DNA from: Candidatus Magasanikiibacteriota bacterium
GTDB lineage: Bacteria > Patescibacteriota > Patescibacteriia > Magasanikbacterales > GWA2-37-8
Length of the DNA stretch: 64,000 nt
Direction of reading: 5' to 3'
Assembly (NCBI GenBank): GCA_016189025.1
Contig: JACPGS010000007.1
Span: 1,162-65,161 of the forward strand
The notes below the pieces were generated by a model. It saw only the letters and a list, made by a program, of their open reading frames with translations, did not search any database and was not told where the DNA came from. The translations under genes and the position numbers were made by a program. Positions 27,815-38,270 of the stretch are shown here, piece after piece (position 1 is the first letter of the stretch; each line of letters starts with the position of its first letter).

Positions 27815-29005
27815 ATGCCTAAGAAAAAAATTTTATACGTCATCACCCAAGGGCAGTGGGGCGGCGCGCAGCGGTATGTATATGATCTGGCCAGTTACCT
27901 CGCGCTGGAATTTGATATTACCGTGGCGGTAGGTGAACCGGACGGCCAAAAAGATTTACCGGCGAAATTGCCGACGGCGAACATTAAACTGGTCCAGCTG
28001 AAACATTTGGTAAGGCGCATTTCGCCGTACCACGACCTGCTGGCAGTAAGGGAGTTGGCACAGCTGTTCCGATTGCTACGGCCTGACATTATCCACCTCA
28101 ACAGCTCCAAAGCCGGCATTATCGGCTCACTGGCTAAATCACTGGCAGGAAGGAGCTTGCCGCGCACTACTCAATTCATCTACACTGTCCACGGCTGGGT
28201 GTTCAACGAACCGCTGGGAAGAGCGCGCCAATGGCTCTACTGGTGGCTGGAAAAATACACTGCCCCGGCCAAGAATCATTTTATTGTGCTCTCTGGCCGG
28301 GAAGCGCAGCAGGCCAAACAGGAATTAAACATTTCCCCGGCAAAAATTTCCGTTATTCCGATCGGGATTGCTGTTCCCGATTCTCCCTTAAGCCGCGCCA
28401 CCGCGCGCCAGGCAATAAATAAACTATGGCGCTTCCCGCTGGAATCCGGTGCGGAGGAGCGGACTTGGCTAATCGCCGTCATCGCCAATCTTTACCCGGC
28501 CAAAGGATTGCGCTATTTGCTGGCAGCGCTGGGTAGGATACAAAACAAAATCCAGCCCTGGCGGCTGGTAATTTTTGGCGAGGGGCCGGAGCGCGTCCCG
28601 CTCTCGGTGCTGGTTCAGCAATATAATCTGACTAACCAGGTGCTGCTCCCCGGGGCTGTTCCCGACGCGGCCCGGCTCCTCCCGGGCGCCGACGTTTTTG
28701 TGCTCCCCTCGCTGAAAGAAGGCCTGCCTTATACTATTTTAGAAGCACAGGCCGCGGGCGTGCCGATTATTAGCTCGGCGGTAGGCGGCATTCCGGAAGT
28801 CATTACTGACCGCCAAACCGGCCTCCTGGTTGCCCCGGGCGACCCCCGTGCGCTCTCTGAGGCTCTCCAGTTTGCTCATGATCATCCAGAGGAAATGCGC
28901 TGCTATGCTGCTGCCACGGCAACGCCCAAAGAACCCTACCGTCTAGAAGCGATGGTAAAAGCTACCGCGGCGCTGTACCGGTTGCCCCGGCCGCCGCGCG
29001 GATGA
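27815..29005 (+). CDS. GT4 glycosyltransferase
   Basis: WGGAQRYV, LVIFGEGPER and FVLPSLKEGLPYTILEAQAAGVPIISSAVGGIPEV. Confidence 0.7.
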   Translation: MPKKKILYVITQGQWGGAQRYVYDLASYLALEFDITVAVGEPDGQKDLPAKLPTANIKLVQLKHLVRRISPYHDLLAVRELAQLFRLLRPDIIHLNSSKAGIIGSLAKSLAGRSLPRTTQFIYTVHGWVFNEPLGRARQWLYWWLEKYTAPAKNHFIVLSGREAQQAKQELNISPAKISVIPIGIAVPDSPLSRATARQAINKLWRFPLESGAEERTWLIAVIANLYPAKGLRYLLAALGRIQNKIQPWRLVIFGEGPERVPLSVLVQQYNLTNQVLLPGAVPDAARLLPGADVFVLPSLKEGLPYTILEAQAAGVPIISSAVGGIPEVITDRQTGLLVAPGDPRALSEALQFAHDHPEEMRCYAAATATPKEPYRLEAMVKATAALYRLPRPPRG

Positions 29006-31034
29006 GATTAGCCACCTGAATTCCCTGGTCGTCAAATGCCAGACCAGCTTCCCTAGCGCGCTCCAACACCGCGAGCGCGTTTTTAGTTTGCCCCAAAAAA
29101 TAATAGAGATAAGCCAGGCGCCAGTAGTTTTCTCCGATCCGCGCATTATCGCTGATGGCGCTTTCCAATAAAGTAACGGCCTCTGGCCCCTTGCCCAGCT
29201 GGGCTTTGATGCCGGAGAGCGCGTAAATAAGCTGCTGGCGCCGCGGCGAAAATTGACGCGCCGTTTCCAAATACTGCTCGGCTTCCAGCCAGTAGCGCGG
29301 ATCGCCGCTCCCTACCGCGGCAAATTGCCCTAGTTGCGCCAGCGTCATGTGATTGCGAATGTCACGCGGGTGCAGGGTAACGTTGGTTTGAAGCTCGCCG
29401 TAAATTAACCGCACCATTTCCAAGGCCCGGTCGCGGCCCAGCGCTTCGGCTTGGCTGCTCCCGAGCAGACTGATGATGGAGCGGGCAATGTCGCTCCGGA
29501 TATCGTCAATATGCGGCGAAGAGAATTGTAGGTCCGTGCGTAAAACGCCAAGGGCCGCCAGCGGATCGCGCGCCAGCATCTCCAAAAGCGCAAGCGTTTT
29601 TTGGTTGGCGCGCGCCGGTTGCAGGTTAAAAATAAAAATAACTACCAAAGCGGCGACGGCCGCTCCCCCTACCCAGGCAACCGGGGCCTGGGCGCCGGAG
29701 GGCGGCGCCGCGGAAAAACGGCGCCGCGGCTCGGCCGGCTCCGGATTAACGGCCGGGGCAACCCCGGCGCCTTCTACCAGCGCCAGCCAGAACATAAAAT
29801 ACAAATAAGAAGTGGGATTTTCAAAAACGGTGATATTCTGAAGCAAATGGGCGATTAAAAACGCCCCGCCGGCGAGCGTTACGGAAATGGTTTCGGTACG
29901 CACCCGGCGGCGCAGTAAAATCAAGAGCGCGGTAATAAAAATGGCCAGATAACTGACAATCCCCACTGCCCCCTGCACGGTAAGAGTATTGAGAATAATG
30001 TTGTGGGCATTGTCAAACCAGGTTTCGCCGGGCCCAAATTCCAGAGAGCGCGGATTATAATGCTGATTAAAAGCGTAAAAATAATTATTCGGCCCCCAGC
30101 CGAACACCGGCCGCTCGCGCCAGGATTCCACGGCAATCTGCCAAGCGATCAGCCGGGTGCTGCCGGTGCCGCTGTAGAGGGAAGAGTTGAGCAGGCGCCC
30201 CAGGGTAGGAATATTGCGGACAAAATCCGTGCGGCGATAATAATAGAAGATGCCGAGAATTACCACGGCCAATACCGCCGCTCCGCCGCAGAGCTGGCGC
30301 AGGCGCGGCCGGCCACTGGCTAAAATCGCTCCCCCCACGGTTAAACTGGCAATGCCGACAATCCAGCCCAAGAGCGAGCCGCGCGTGCCGCTGTAAAACA
30401 TTCCTAAAAAAGCCAATACTCCCAATGCCCCCGCTACCCCCCGCCACACATTATTGCGCTCGCGGAATACCAAGAGCAGTGCCACAAAGAACAAAAACAG
30501 TCCGTAGCCGCCGACGTAAATCGGGTTGCCGAGGGTGCTGGCCGTGCGGTCGCTGCCTTGGTTCAACAGCAGATCCGGGTTGCCTACCTGCAACAGGGCA
30601 ATGATCATGACGATTGATCCGGCCGCCAAAAATCCCCACAGCGCTAAACGCCACTCGCCCCAGGAGCGGAATACCCCCCGGCAGATAAAAAAATACACCA
30701 GATAGTGCAGAATGGTGAATAAACCAAGCATCCGCTCGTGGTTATCCCAAAAACTGTGATAGGCGTCAACCCCCAGGATGGTAGAAACAGTAAAGCTGGC
30801 GCCCCAGGCTAAGAGCGCCCAGCTTAAAGGCGAGAGCCGGGGGCGATAGCGCTCCCAATCGTGAACTAACAGCGCGATATAAAACGCCAGGGCAAAGATA
30901 ATGAGCGTGCGCAGCAGCAGCACTTTGGGGACAATAAAAGGGAAAATAAACGAGGACGGCACGACGACGAGCGGCACGAAAAAAGTGGCATAGATAAACC
31001 CTTTCACGATTCGCTCCAGAGTAGAAGTTGACAT
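28962..31034 (-). CDS. O-antigen ligase/polymerase-like (Wzy_C) polytopic membrane protein with C-terminal TPR domain
   Basis: MFYSGTRGSLLGWIVG (Wzy_C-like motif), more than 10 TM segments, and a C-terminal TPR-like region. Confidence 0.5.
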   Translation of the reverse strand: MSTSTLERIVKGFIYATFFVPLVVVPSSFIFPFIVPKVLLLRTLIIFALAFYIALLVHDWERYRPRLSPLSWALLAWGASFTVSTILGVDAYHSFWDNHERMLGLFTILHYLVYFFICRGVFRSWGEWRLALWGFLAAGSIVMIIALLQVGNPDLLLNQGSDRTASTLGNPIYVGGYGLFLFFVALLLVFRERNNVWRGVAGALGVLAFLGMFYSGTRGSLLGWIVGIASLTVGGAILASGRPRLRQLCGGAAVLAVVILGIFYYYRRTDFVRNIPTLGRLLNSSLYSGTGSTRLIAWQIAVESWRERPVFGWGPNNYFYAFNQHYNPRSLEFGPGETWFDNAHNIILNTLTVQGAVGIVSYLAIFITALLILLRRRVRTETISVTLAGGAFLIAHLLQNITVFENPTSYLYFMFWLALVEGAGVAPAVNPEPAEPRRRFSAAPPSGAQAPVAWVGGAAVAALVVIFIFNLQPARANQKTLALLEMLARDPLAALGVLRTDLQFSSPHIDDIRSDIARSIISLLGSSQAEALGRDRALEMVRLIYGELQTNVTLHPRDIRNHMTLAQLGQFAAVGSGDPRYWLEAEQYLETARQFSPRRQQLIYALSGIKAQLGKGPEAVTLLESAISDNARIGENYWRLAYLYYFLGQTKNALAVLERAREAGLAFDDQGIQVANLIRAAAGATGTAPR

Positions 31035-31052
31035 AATTACCGACTATGCTAA

Positions 31053-31745
31053 TTATTTGCTCTTTAAAATTTCCTCTAATTCTTTAATGATTTGCTGATA
31101 CCCCACATAGCGGGGAAAATTAGCGGTAAGCGTGCGGTAATCGGAGAGCGCCTCGGCGTAGAATCCGCGCCGGCGCAGATATTCGGCCCGGGCGATAATG
31201 AGCGGGGTGGGATTAAGCATTTTATTTAGGCCGGAATTTAATACCGCTACCACCTGTTCTTTGGGGCGATGCAGGCGATAATCTAACATTTCGGCCAGCG
31301 CCAGGTAGCTGCTCTCGTCCGCCGGAGAAATCTCAATCGCTTTGCGGAAATAACGCTCGGCCTTGGAAAAATCTTCCAGGCGTTCCGCCAGTTTGGCGGC
31401 GTTCAGATAAAACAAGATATTTTGTTCGCCGTATTTGACGATCCCTTTTTCGTACACGGCAAGCGAACGGCGGAAATAGGGCAAGGGAGAAGTGGTAGTC
31501 GCCAGCTCGCCGATACTCTTCCAGGCCAGCCCGGCATCAAAATAGCGGCGCACCTTTTCGGGGTCGGCCGCAATCTCGGCCTCGGCAGTCTTGGCTTCGC
31601 TGAATAACTTCAGCAATTCCGCGTTGCCAGTAATTGCCCGTTGCAGGGGCCGATCGCCGCTCTGCCGCCACACGATAGCGCTCGTTATCCCGATGAGGGC
31701 AATGACGCCGCTGATAATAAGTAGAAAACGCGTTTTCATAATCAT
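31053..31745 (-). CDS. TPR-repeat protein with N-terminal membrane anchor
   Basis: 230 aa. After one TM come repeated A..Y..A.....A helical pairs. Confidence 0.45.
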   Translation of the reverse strand: MIMKTRFLLIISGVIALIGITSAIVWRQSGDRPLQRAITGNAELLKLFSEAKTAEAEIAADPEKVRRYFDAGLAWKSIGELATTTSPLPYFRRSLAVYEKGIVKYGEQNILFYLNAAKLAERLEDFSKAERYFRKAIEISPADESSYLALAEMLDYRLHRPKEQVVAVLNSGLNKMLNPTPLIIARAEYLRRRGFYAEALSDYRTLTANFPRYVGYQQIIKELEEILKSK

Positions 31746-31842
31746 TATTGCCTGTTATTTTATTTAGGATGGTAGGAAAGTAGGAGATGTAAAAAACTCT
31801 CTCGTTCGCCTACCATCCCTACGCGCCTACTATCCTACCGGC

Positions 31843-34086
31843 CTAATCTAACTGATACTCCTTAATAAACTTTTCCACCTCGCCATGGAGCGGCGGGAAC
31901 AGTTTCCGGATCGTTTCCGCCAGCTCGCGCGCCTTTATTTTGTCGCCCTGGACCGCGTAAGCAGCCGCCAGGCGCACGTACCACAGGGGATTCTCCGGCT
32001 CGGCGTTCAATAATTTCTGATAGCCTGCTATTACTCTACCATATTCTTTCGCGGTCGCCAATAGATCCAGCCAATGCAGGGTCTGATCGCGATTCAGCAG
32101 GTAGCCGAGGGCCGGCGCGCGATCAATCTCGGCCAGGGCGCGGACGCGATCGCCAGCCGCTTCGTAACCTAATCCTAAAAAGAAGTGGCTGATGCCGATT
32201 GAGGGATCAATATCCACCGCCTCTTGCAAAATCTCAATTCCTTGACGGAAACTCCCCGCCAATAAATAACGGCGCGCTGCTAAAAATAAAATATCCTGCT
32301 TGCGCGGTGAAAGAGCGCGCGCTGCTTCCAGGTACTTTCCCGCCTCTTCCCAGTAGCGCGGGTCAACCTGTTCGCCGAGCACCAGATAAATCTGCCCGGC
32401 CCAGATGGGGTAGCCGGCGGCCCCGGGGTGGCGGCGCGCGGCAAAGCCCAAGGCTTCGGCCAACCGGAGTGCGGTAGCAACCGTAGAGGAACTATTAAGG
32501 CGCACACCGGCCTGATCCAGGCGGACAAACTGCTCGGCGACAAATATCAATCCTTCATCCTGTTTGGGGGTGGTTAAAACCAAGGCGGAGGCCGCGGCTG
32601 AAGTCCACTGATTAGCGTCCGGCGCCGTGGCGGCCCGCTGCATCGCGCGTGCCGCGCGCCAGGGAACCAAATGCCATGCCCCTAACGAGTAAACCAGACC
32701 GGCCAAAAGTATTACGCTAGCCAAACCAACAATCGCGCCGGGCAATTTTCTCCCGTTGGCTAAACTGGCTGCCGGCTGCCGAGCCACGATACCGGATTGA
32801 CTGCCGAGCCAGGCCAAAATAAACCAAAACAACAGCAGCGAATTGCTGGTTTCAAATAAAAATAATAAGGAGACAAAATATCCCGCCAGCGTGACCGATA
32901 AAATAACGATTGCCCCGCGCAAAACCGCCTCCTGCTTTACTTTTCTAATCGCCCGCGCCAGCGCACTGCCATAAAGCGCCAGGTAAGCAAGTAAACCAGC
33001 TGCTCCGCTCCCCACCGCCACCTCCAGGGGAAAATTGTGCGGCTTATCCCAGACCGTTTCGGCAAATCCATACTGCAAAAAACGGGGACGGTAATATTTT
33101 AAAAACACCGGCTCAAAATTCCCCCAGCCCCAGCCCAAAAGAGGCCGCTCGCGCACTCCTTCTAGCGCGCTCCCCCAGGCGAGTAAGCGCGTTTCGCCCG
33201 TACCAGTAGTAAAACTGCGCCAATCAAACAAACGCGGTAAGAGAGAGAAACGCGCCGTGACAGTCGGTACGCCAGCCAGCCAAGCACCGCCTACCAGAAG
33301 CAAGATTATCGCCGCGAGCGCGGCAAGGCACCAACGCCGCGCCATAGGCAAAACCATCGCCCCGGCAATAAGCCCCATGATTAGCGCGATCAAAAAGCCG
33401 AGCAGTGGACCGCGACTGCCGCTGAAAAACAAGGCACTGATAATTAAAAATGCTCCGGCTACCACCAGGCTGCGCTTGGTTACTGACCAATTTCGCCAAT
33501 CGGCTGCCAAAGCTGCCAAGGCAATGCCTAGAGCCAACAACAGATACTCGGCGGCAAACGCCCGATTGCCGATAATACCCCCACCGGCAATACTTTGCCA
33601 GCTGGCAGGCAGGCGCGACTGTCCAAACATCGTTAAGGCTACCAGCGCGGCGACTATGGTCATCAGGACCAAAGCCCGCCCACGTTCCGGCTCGCGCGAG
33701 AGCAGGTATCGCCGCGCCAAGGCGTACCAGGCGCCAAAATGCCACCAGGTGAATACTCCGCTCGCGCGCGACAGATTGCCCCAAAAACTAAAAACCGGGT
33801 CACCCCCTAAAAGAGCGGTGGCCGTAATCACTGTCAAAAATGCCGCCACTGCCCAGTCCAGCCCGGTTAACCGCCTGACTATCCACCAAATGTCATTCCC
33901 GCGCCAGCGGGAATCCAGTCGCAGCCACCGCCAGCAATGCAAAAATAACGCTACCTCTACCACCGCTTGGAATAAAATCGTCTTGCCCAAATGCCAGCCA
34001 AAAAGCAACCCGGGCGTAATCGCCAGAGGGAGTAACAGCGTAAGGTAAAGCAGCCAAACAATAAAGCGGGAAATACGATCAGACAT
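31843..34086 (-). CDS. O-antigen ligase/polymerase-like (Wzy_C) membrane protein with C-terminal TPR domain (paralog of 28962..31034)
   Basis: FFSGSRGPLLGFLIALIMG motif. TPR-like tail (YLLNRDQTLHWLDLLATAKEYGRVIAGYQKLLNAEPENPLWYVRLAAAYAVQGD). Confidence 0.5.
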   Translation of the reverse strand: MSDRISRFIVWLLYLTLLLPLAITPGLLFGWHLGKTILFQAVVEVALFLHCWRWLRLDSRWRGNDIWWIVRRLTGLDWAVAAFLTVITATALLGGDPVFSFWGNLSRASGVFTWWHFGAWYALARRYLLSREPERGRALVLMTIVAALVALTMFGQSRLPASWQSIAGGGIIGNRAFAAEYLLLALGIALAALAADWRNWSVTKRSLVVAGAFLIISALFFSGSRGPLLGFLIALIMGLIAGAMVLPMARRWCLAALAAIILLLVGGAWLAGVPTVTARFSLLPRLFDWRSFTTGTGETRLLAWGSALEGVRERPLLGWGWGNFEPVFLKYYRPRFLQYGFAETVWDKPHNFPLEVAVGSGAAGLLAYLALYGSALARAIRKVKQEAVLRGAIVILSVTLAGYFVSLLFLFETSNSLLLFWFILAWLGSQSGIVARQPAASLANGRKLPGAIVGLASVILLAGLVYSLGAWHLVPWRAARAMQRAATAPDANQWTSAAASALVLTTPKQDEGLIFVAEQFVRLDQAGVRLNSSSTVATALRLAEALGFAARRHPGAAGYPIWAGQIYLVLGEQVDPRYWEEAGKYLEAARALSPRKQDILFLAARRYLLAGSFRQGIEILQEAVDIDPSIGISHFFLGLGYEAAGDRVRALAEIDRAPALGYLLNRDQTLHWLDLLATAKEYGRVIAGYQKLLNAEPENPLWYVRLAAAYAVQGDKIKARELAETIRKLFPPLHGEVEKFIKEYQLD

Positions 34087-34145
34087 AACAGCAGAGTAAG
34101 CCCGGTGTAAGCAATAATGAGCGAGGGAAATGAGCGAGGGAGTGG

Positions 34146-34225
34146 TAGACGGGTTCCCTACGCGCGCACCCCCGCGTAGGCGGGGGGAGCACGGAGGGTG
34201 TCTACCACGACCGAGCGACCAGGTT
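34146..34225 (+). repeat. divergent MITE family-1 core (copy J, core only)
   Basis: GTGGTAGACGGGTTCCCTACGCGCGCACCCCCGCGTAGGCGGGGGGAGCACGGAGGGTGTCTACCACGACCGAGCGACCAGG. The hairpin architecture is retained with a GCGT-type apical loop. Confidence 0.6.
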
Positions 34226-34272
34226 AGGGCATTTGGTATTCAGGGGTGTTACGATTGTACCACCGGCGCGGC

Positions 34273-34318
34273 AAAAAACAACCCCCCGCCAGCGCGCGCT
34301 GGCGGGGGGTGTTTTGCC
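34273..34318 (-). terminator. strong rho-independent terminator downstream of the large surface-protein gene
   Basis: 12-bp GC stem CCCCCCGCCAGCG-CGC-GCTGGCGGGGGG, with a U-run on the minus strand (ttgttttttg). Confidence 0.7.
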
Positions 34319-34478
34319 TGTTTAAGGGCTTTGCTAGTTGGCAAACTTCCTTAAACGGATCCAGTTATCCTTAACCTGGCTTGACTAAAATAGGAGGAGG
34401 ATCCCTTCACTGCGTTCAGGGCAAGCTCTTCGATCGCCCTGCCTTAAGCCGGGACTCCCTCCGGATGACAACCTATAA

Positions 34479-37400
34479 TTAGTAAGTGAGGGTCTTGGAC
34501 TGGAGCGGCAGGTCGGAGCCCATGGCAGTTACGTTCGTAGAGACGCCATCACCCCAGGTAACCTGGCCGCTGCCGATGCGCACCGAGAGACTGGGATTCG
34601 GATTGGTCGTCGTCTTGGTGGCGGCATCGGTGGTGTCCAAGGTGACGTGAATCGCCTTGGAAGCGCCCGAGGAAATCTGAAGATCGGTGAAGTTGGCATC
34701 GGTAATTGAAGAATTGCCATTGGCAGTGGTACCAGTACCAGTGCCTTGAGCAAAGGTCATGGAATATGCATAGTTGGTGGTAGCCAACAGGTTGGCGGTA
34801 GCCACGGAATCTTTGTATACCGTCAGGGCGCGCGTTGCCGCCACTCCCGCCGCCTGCGAGATGGTGGTGCCTAAGTTGAAGTTCATCAGCTGCACCGTGG
34901 CAGTGTGGCCTTCCACGTTCGCCTTGTTGGTAATCGTAAAGATTCCAACGGTCTGCGCGCTGTTCGGCGAGGAAGCGCTGGCGGTGGCGAGGAAGCTGGC
35001 ATCCCAGCCCACGGTGAGCTTGGCGCGGTACAAGGTAGTAGTGGGAGCGTGGGCGCCCAGGCTCAAACCGTATTGATTGGCGTTCGTCAGGAACGAAACG
35101 GTCGGGGAAATCGACACGCCGGATTGCATACCGGTCGCCGTGAACGGCGTAATGCTGCCCACATTGAAGGCCGAAAGAATTACGGGTTCAACGGTCTGGC
35201 CGGTAGTCGCGGCGCCGAGTTCGCCAAAGGTGGTAAAGTCAGCTATCAGCTTAATCTTCTTGGTGGCGCCCTTCGGAATCTCCAGATTAAGACCAGTGAA
35301 GGTGGCGTGCGAATAAGTGGTGGAAGCAGCCGAGGTGCCGGCAACAGAATCGCTGAAAGCAGACACGGTGCCGCCGATCTGGGTGCCGGTAACGTCATCC
35401 ACCAGCTTGACGTTCTTCATGGTGCCGGTGGCGCCGGTGGAGAAGCGCGCGCTTACCACGAATTGGGTAATCTTAATCGGCTCGGTGGTGCTCGCTTGCA
35501 GAGCAAACTTGGCAATGGTCTGATTCAGATCGCCCATCAGGTAGTTGTTGGCTACCGGCGAGTCTGAATCTACCGAGGCCATAAAGCTGCCTGCCGCGGC
35601 AATTTCCACATTCTGGAGCCGGACGGCCTGGCCGGTAAGGCTGGCGCTGGAGCCGGTAGTCTTGCCAGTAGCGGTCACACCGGTGAGGTTCAGGAGAGCC
35701 GTGGCGGAAAGCGTGGAAGACTTCACGTCCGCATACACATCCACCGTGTACTGGGCGCCGTTAGTAATAGTTACTGCCGGCGACACGTTAAAGGTGAAGG
35801 TGTTAACCGTGGAACAGGTGGTGGACGGGTTAGGCAAGGTCTGCCCCAGTTGCGTGCCAGCCGAATTCTTCAGCGTCAGGTTCTGCAGATAGGTGCCGGT
35901 ACAAGTATTGGCAGTGCGGTCGGCCAGGGTTATCTGCGAGACTTCTACATCTTCACCTGCCCCGGCGGTAATGACGAACGAGGCTACTTTGACGCTGCTG
36001 GCATTTACCGTGCCAGTCGGGTTAGCAGAAGATTTATCACCGAACGCTCCATTCATCGCCAGACTTACCGTGCCCGCCCGCACCGTCAGGGTGTTGGCGT
36101 TCTGGTTCACCGTGGTAAGGGAGGTAAGCGAGGTCATGCCCTGGGCATTGTTGCTGGTGCCGACCAGGCCGACCACAAAGGTTTCGCCGGCGACTACGGT
36201 GTCGTTGGTGGTGTCGGCGTCTACCGTTACGGTAACGGTTTTGCCGGCTTTAATCACAAAGCTGCTGCCAAACGATCCCCAGCCGCTGTTGGAGGCGCCG
36301 TTGGCAGTTAAGCTGGAGATGGTGGAGCCCACTTGCGAGCCGTCTATCTTCAGGCGGACATTGGCTAATATGTTGTCTACCGAACCAGCTGAAGTGGAAG
36401 ACACATTCAGGCTGGTGATTTTAACGTTTTCACCATTGGCTTTCCACAGGAATTTAGCCAGGGTAATGGTGGTAGCCGCATCGGCAATGTTGCCGCTCGG
36501 CGAATCGGCGGGCACAGTCTGGGTAAGCGTGCCAACGTTAATGGAGTAATCCACCGCGGTGCTGCCGGTAACGGGCTGAATCACCGTAAAGGTGTCGGTG
36601 CCGTTAGACTTGAGGAAGACGTTATAGCCCTTATCGTAGACCACGAAGTCGCCCGCGTTCTGCAAACTGGCGCGGAAAGTGCGGTTGGTACCGCCAACGA
36701 TGTCCAGCTTGAAGCTTATATTCTTAACCTGGCCCTTAGTTACCAGGTAGGGCGCGGCGCTCAAGTCAAAGGTGATGGATTTGTCCGTCGCCATTTCTGG
36801 TACGGTAGAACCAATCTGCTTGCCGCCTTCCCACAGACTAAAATTGGCGAGGTCGCCGACGCTGACTGAACCGACGATGGTTAAGGTCAGTTTGCGCACT
36901 TCGGTGTCCTGGTCGCCGTTGGTGAGGGAAAACCGCCAGGCCTCAAAGCCCGTGGTACCCGGATCAACTGTGCCGTTCGCCGAAGGAGACTGGGTAGCCA
37001 GCAGCAGGTAACCGAGGTCAGAAACCAGCGCCGTGGTAAAGGTGTTACCCGTTACCGGATAGCTCCCGCCCACCGAGGTGGAATTGGAAACTACCGCCTC
37101 CTTGTTCTCTACCGCAAAGCTAAGGGTCTTGCCGGCAGACGTATTGTTGCGCAGGTCAAGTTTAACCGTTATGCTCTTACTGGAGCCCTTGGCAACGGTA
37201 AAGAGGCCGGCGCTCTTGGTGAAGGTAATATAGCTGTTGGATACGGTCGGGTTGCTGCCGGCCATAATATCTCCGTCGTACAGGTACATATTGCTGATAT
37301 CTGTATCGGCAGAAACGCCACCCCGCTTCAGCTTGACGCTGGTAACTTTCACATCGCCATCGCTGCCGGCGGCAAAGGCCAACTTCATTACCGAAATCAT

Positions 37401-38270
37401 GCCCTGACCACCGGTATTGCCGCTCGTATCCGAGTCGGTAACCACGGTCGCCGCAAACGGAGTGTCCGCCGCGAGCGATACGTTAAGCGCGCCGCCCGGA
37501 GTGGATGTGGCAGTTGTTGGCCCTCCCACGACTACTACCCCACCGCTCTGGGTTTTGTCGGTCCAGGCCTTTACTTCGGCCGAAACCGCTTCACCGGTGG
37601 AAACACCGATAACTGCCGAATCCGGCACGGTGCGGACGTACTTAGAGAGGAAGCCGTTCGCGGTCATGCCGCTCTCGGAAACCTCGCGCAGTTTGCCCTC
37701 GGAATCAACATACCAGGTTTTACCGGCATTCTTGACGAGCATGCCGGGGTGCACCTTGGCCTCGGAAATAGCCGGGCCGCGGTTCACGTAGTTCGGCCAG
37801 TCGCGATCGTCAATAGTGTAAGCCTTGAAGTTGGTGCCGTAGAGCACTTTGGCCGCTTCCATAGTGATGGGCGCTAAGGTGTTACCCGGCTCAAGTACAT
37901 AGAGCTGATCCGAAGCAACGCGCTTCACGACCAAGGTGCCCGGGCGGAAGTTAACTCCCACCGGGAAGCCACTCGGCGCCATCAGGGTGTCAAAACACTC
38001 CTGGGTAACGGTAATATAGCCGCCGTAGTTAAGCCGCCAGGTCTTGAACTGATCGCCGCTCCAGAAATAGAGGTACTTGCCATCATTGTTAATGGCGTAG
38101 ATAGGGGGTTTGCCTTTCACTTTAATCATGTCACCCGCGTTAAGGGTGGGGCAAGCGGCGGCGAGCGCTGCCGAAGGCAGCAAGGCCGAAACGCCTACCG
38201 ACCACATGATGGTGGTGAAAGTTACCCCGATTGAGGTAATTTTCTTAAGCAATTTAAAGATATTGGACAT
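34479..38270 (-). CDS. large Thr/Ser/Gly-rich repeat-domain cell-surface protein (S-layer/adhesin-like; candidate glycoprotein)
   Basis: 1263 aa with an N-terminal signal/TM. Ig-like modules of about 100 aa recur, for example MKLAFAAGSDGDVKVTSVKL, AKFLWKANGENVKITSLNV, VASFVITAGAGEDVEVSQITL and AKFALQASTTEPIKITQFVV. Confidence 0.6.
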   Translation of the reverse strand: MSNIFKLLKKITSIGVTFTTIMWSVGVSALLPSAALAAACPTLNAGDMIKVKGKPPIYAINNDGKYLYFWSGDQFKTWRLNYGGYITVTQECFDTLMAPSGFPVGVNFRPGTLVVKRVASDQLYVLEPGNTLAPITMEAAKVLYGTNFKAYTIDDRDWPNYVNRGPAISEAKVHPGMLVKNAGKTWYVDSEGKLREVSESGMTANGFLSKYVRTVPDSAVIGVSTGEAVSAEVKAWTDKTQSGGVVVVGGPTTATSTPGGALNVSLAADTPFAATVVTDSDTSGNTGGQGMISVMKLAFAAGSDGDVKVTSVKLKRGGVSADTDISNMYLYDGDIMAGSNPTVSNSYITFTKSAGLFTVAKGSSKSITVKLDLRNNTSAGKTLSFAVENKEAVVSNSTSVGGSYPVTGNTFTTALVSDLGYLLLATQSPSANGTVDPGTTGFEAWRFSLTNGDQDTEVRKLTLTIVGSVSVGDLANFSLWEGGKQIGSTVPEMATDKSITFDLSAAPYLVTKGQVKNISFKLDIVGGTNRTFRASLQNAGDFVVYDKGYNVFLKSNGTDTFTVIQPVTGSTAVDYSINVGTLTQTVPADSPSGNIADAATTITLAKFLWKANGENVKITSLNVSSTSAGSVDNILANVRLKIDGSQVGSTISSLTANGASNSGWGSFGSSFVIKAGKTVTVTVDADTTNDTVVAGETFVVGLVGTSNNAQGMTSLTSLTTVNQNANTLTVRAGTVSLAMNGAFGDKSSANPTGTVNASSVKVASFVITAGAGEDVEVSQITLADRTANTCTGTYLQNLTLKNSAGTQLGQTLPNPSTTCSTVNTFTFNVSPAVTITNGAQYTVDVYADVKSSTLSATALLNLTGVTATGKTTGSSASLTGQAVRLQNVEIAAAGSFMASVDSDSPVANNYLMGDLNQTIAKFALQASTTEPIKITQFVVSARFSTGATGTMKNVKLVDDVTGTQIGGTVSAFSDSVAGTSAASTTYSHATFTGLNLEIPKGATKKIKLIADFTTFGELGAATTGQTVEPVILSAFNVGSITPFTATGMQSGVSISPTVSFLTNANQYGLSLGAHAPTTTLYRAKLTVGWDASFLATASASSPNSAQTVGIFTITNKANVEGHTATVQLMNFNLGTTISQAAGVAATRALTVYKDSVATANLLATTNYAYSMTFAQGTGTGTTANGNSSITDANFTDLQISSGASKAIHVTLDTTDAATKTTTNPNPSLSVRIGSGQVTWGDGVSTNVTAMGSDLPLQSKTLTY

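Noticed and set aside
33257-34048. Long antisense ORFs, for example 33257..34048, 14956..15651, 48150..48818, 35893..36549 and 34905..35567
   Set aside because: They are Arg/Ala/Gly/Pro-rich with no domain features. Each is fully contained within a well-supported gene on the other strand.
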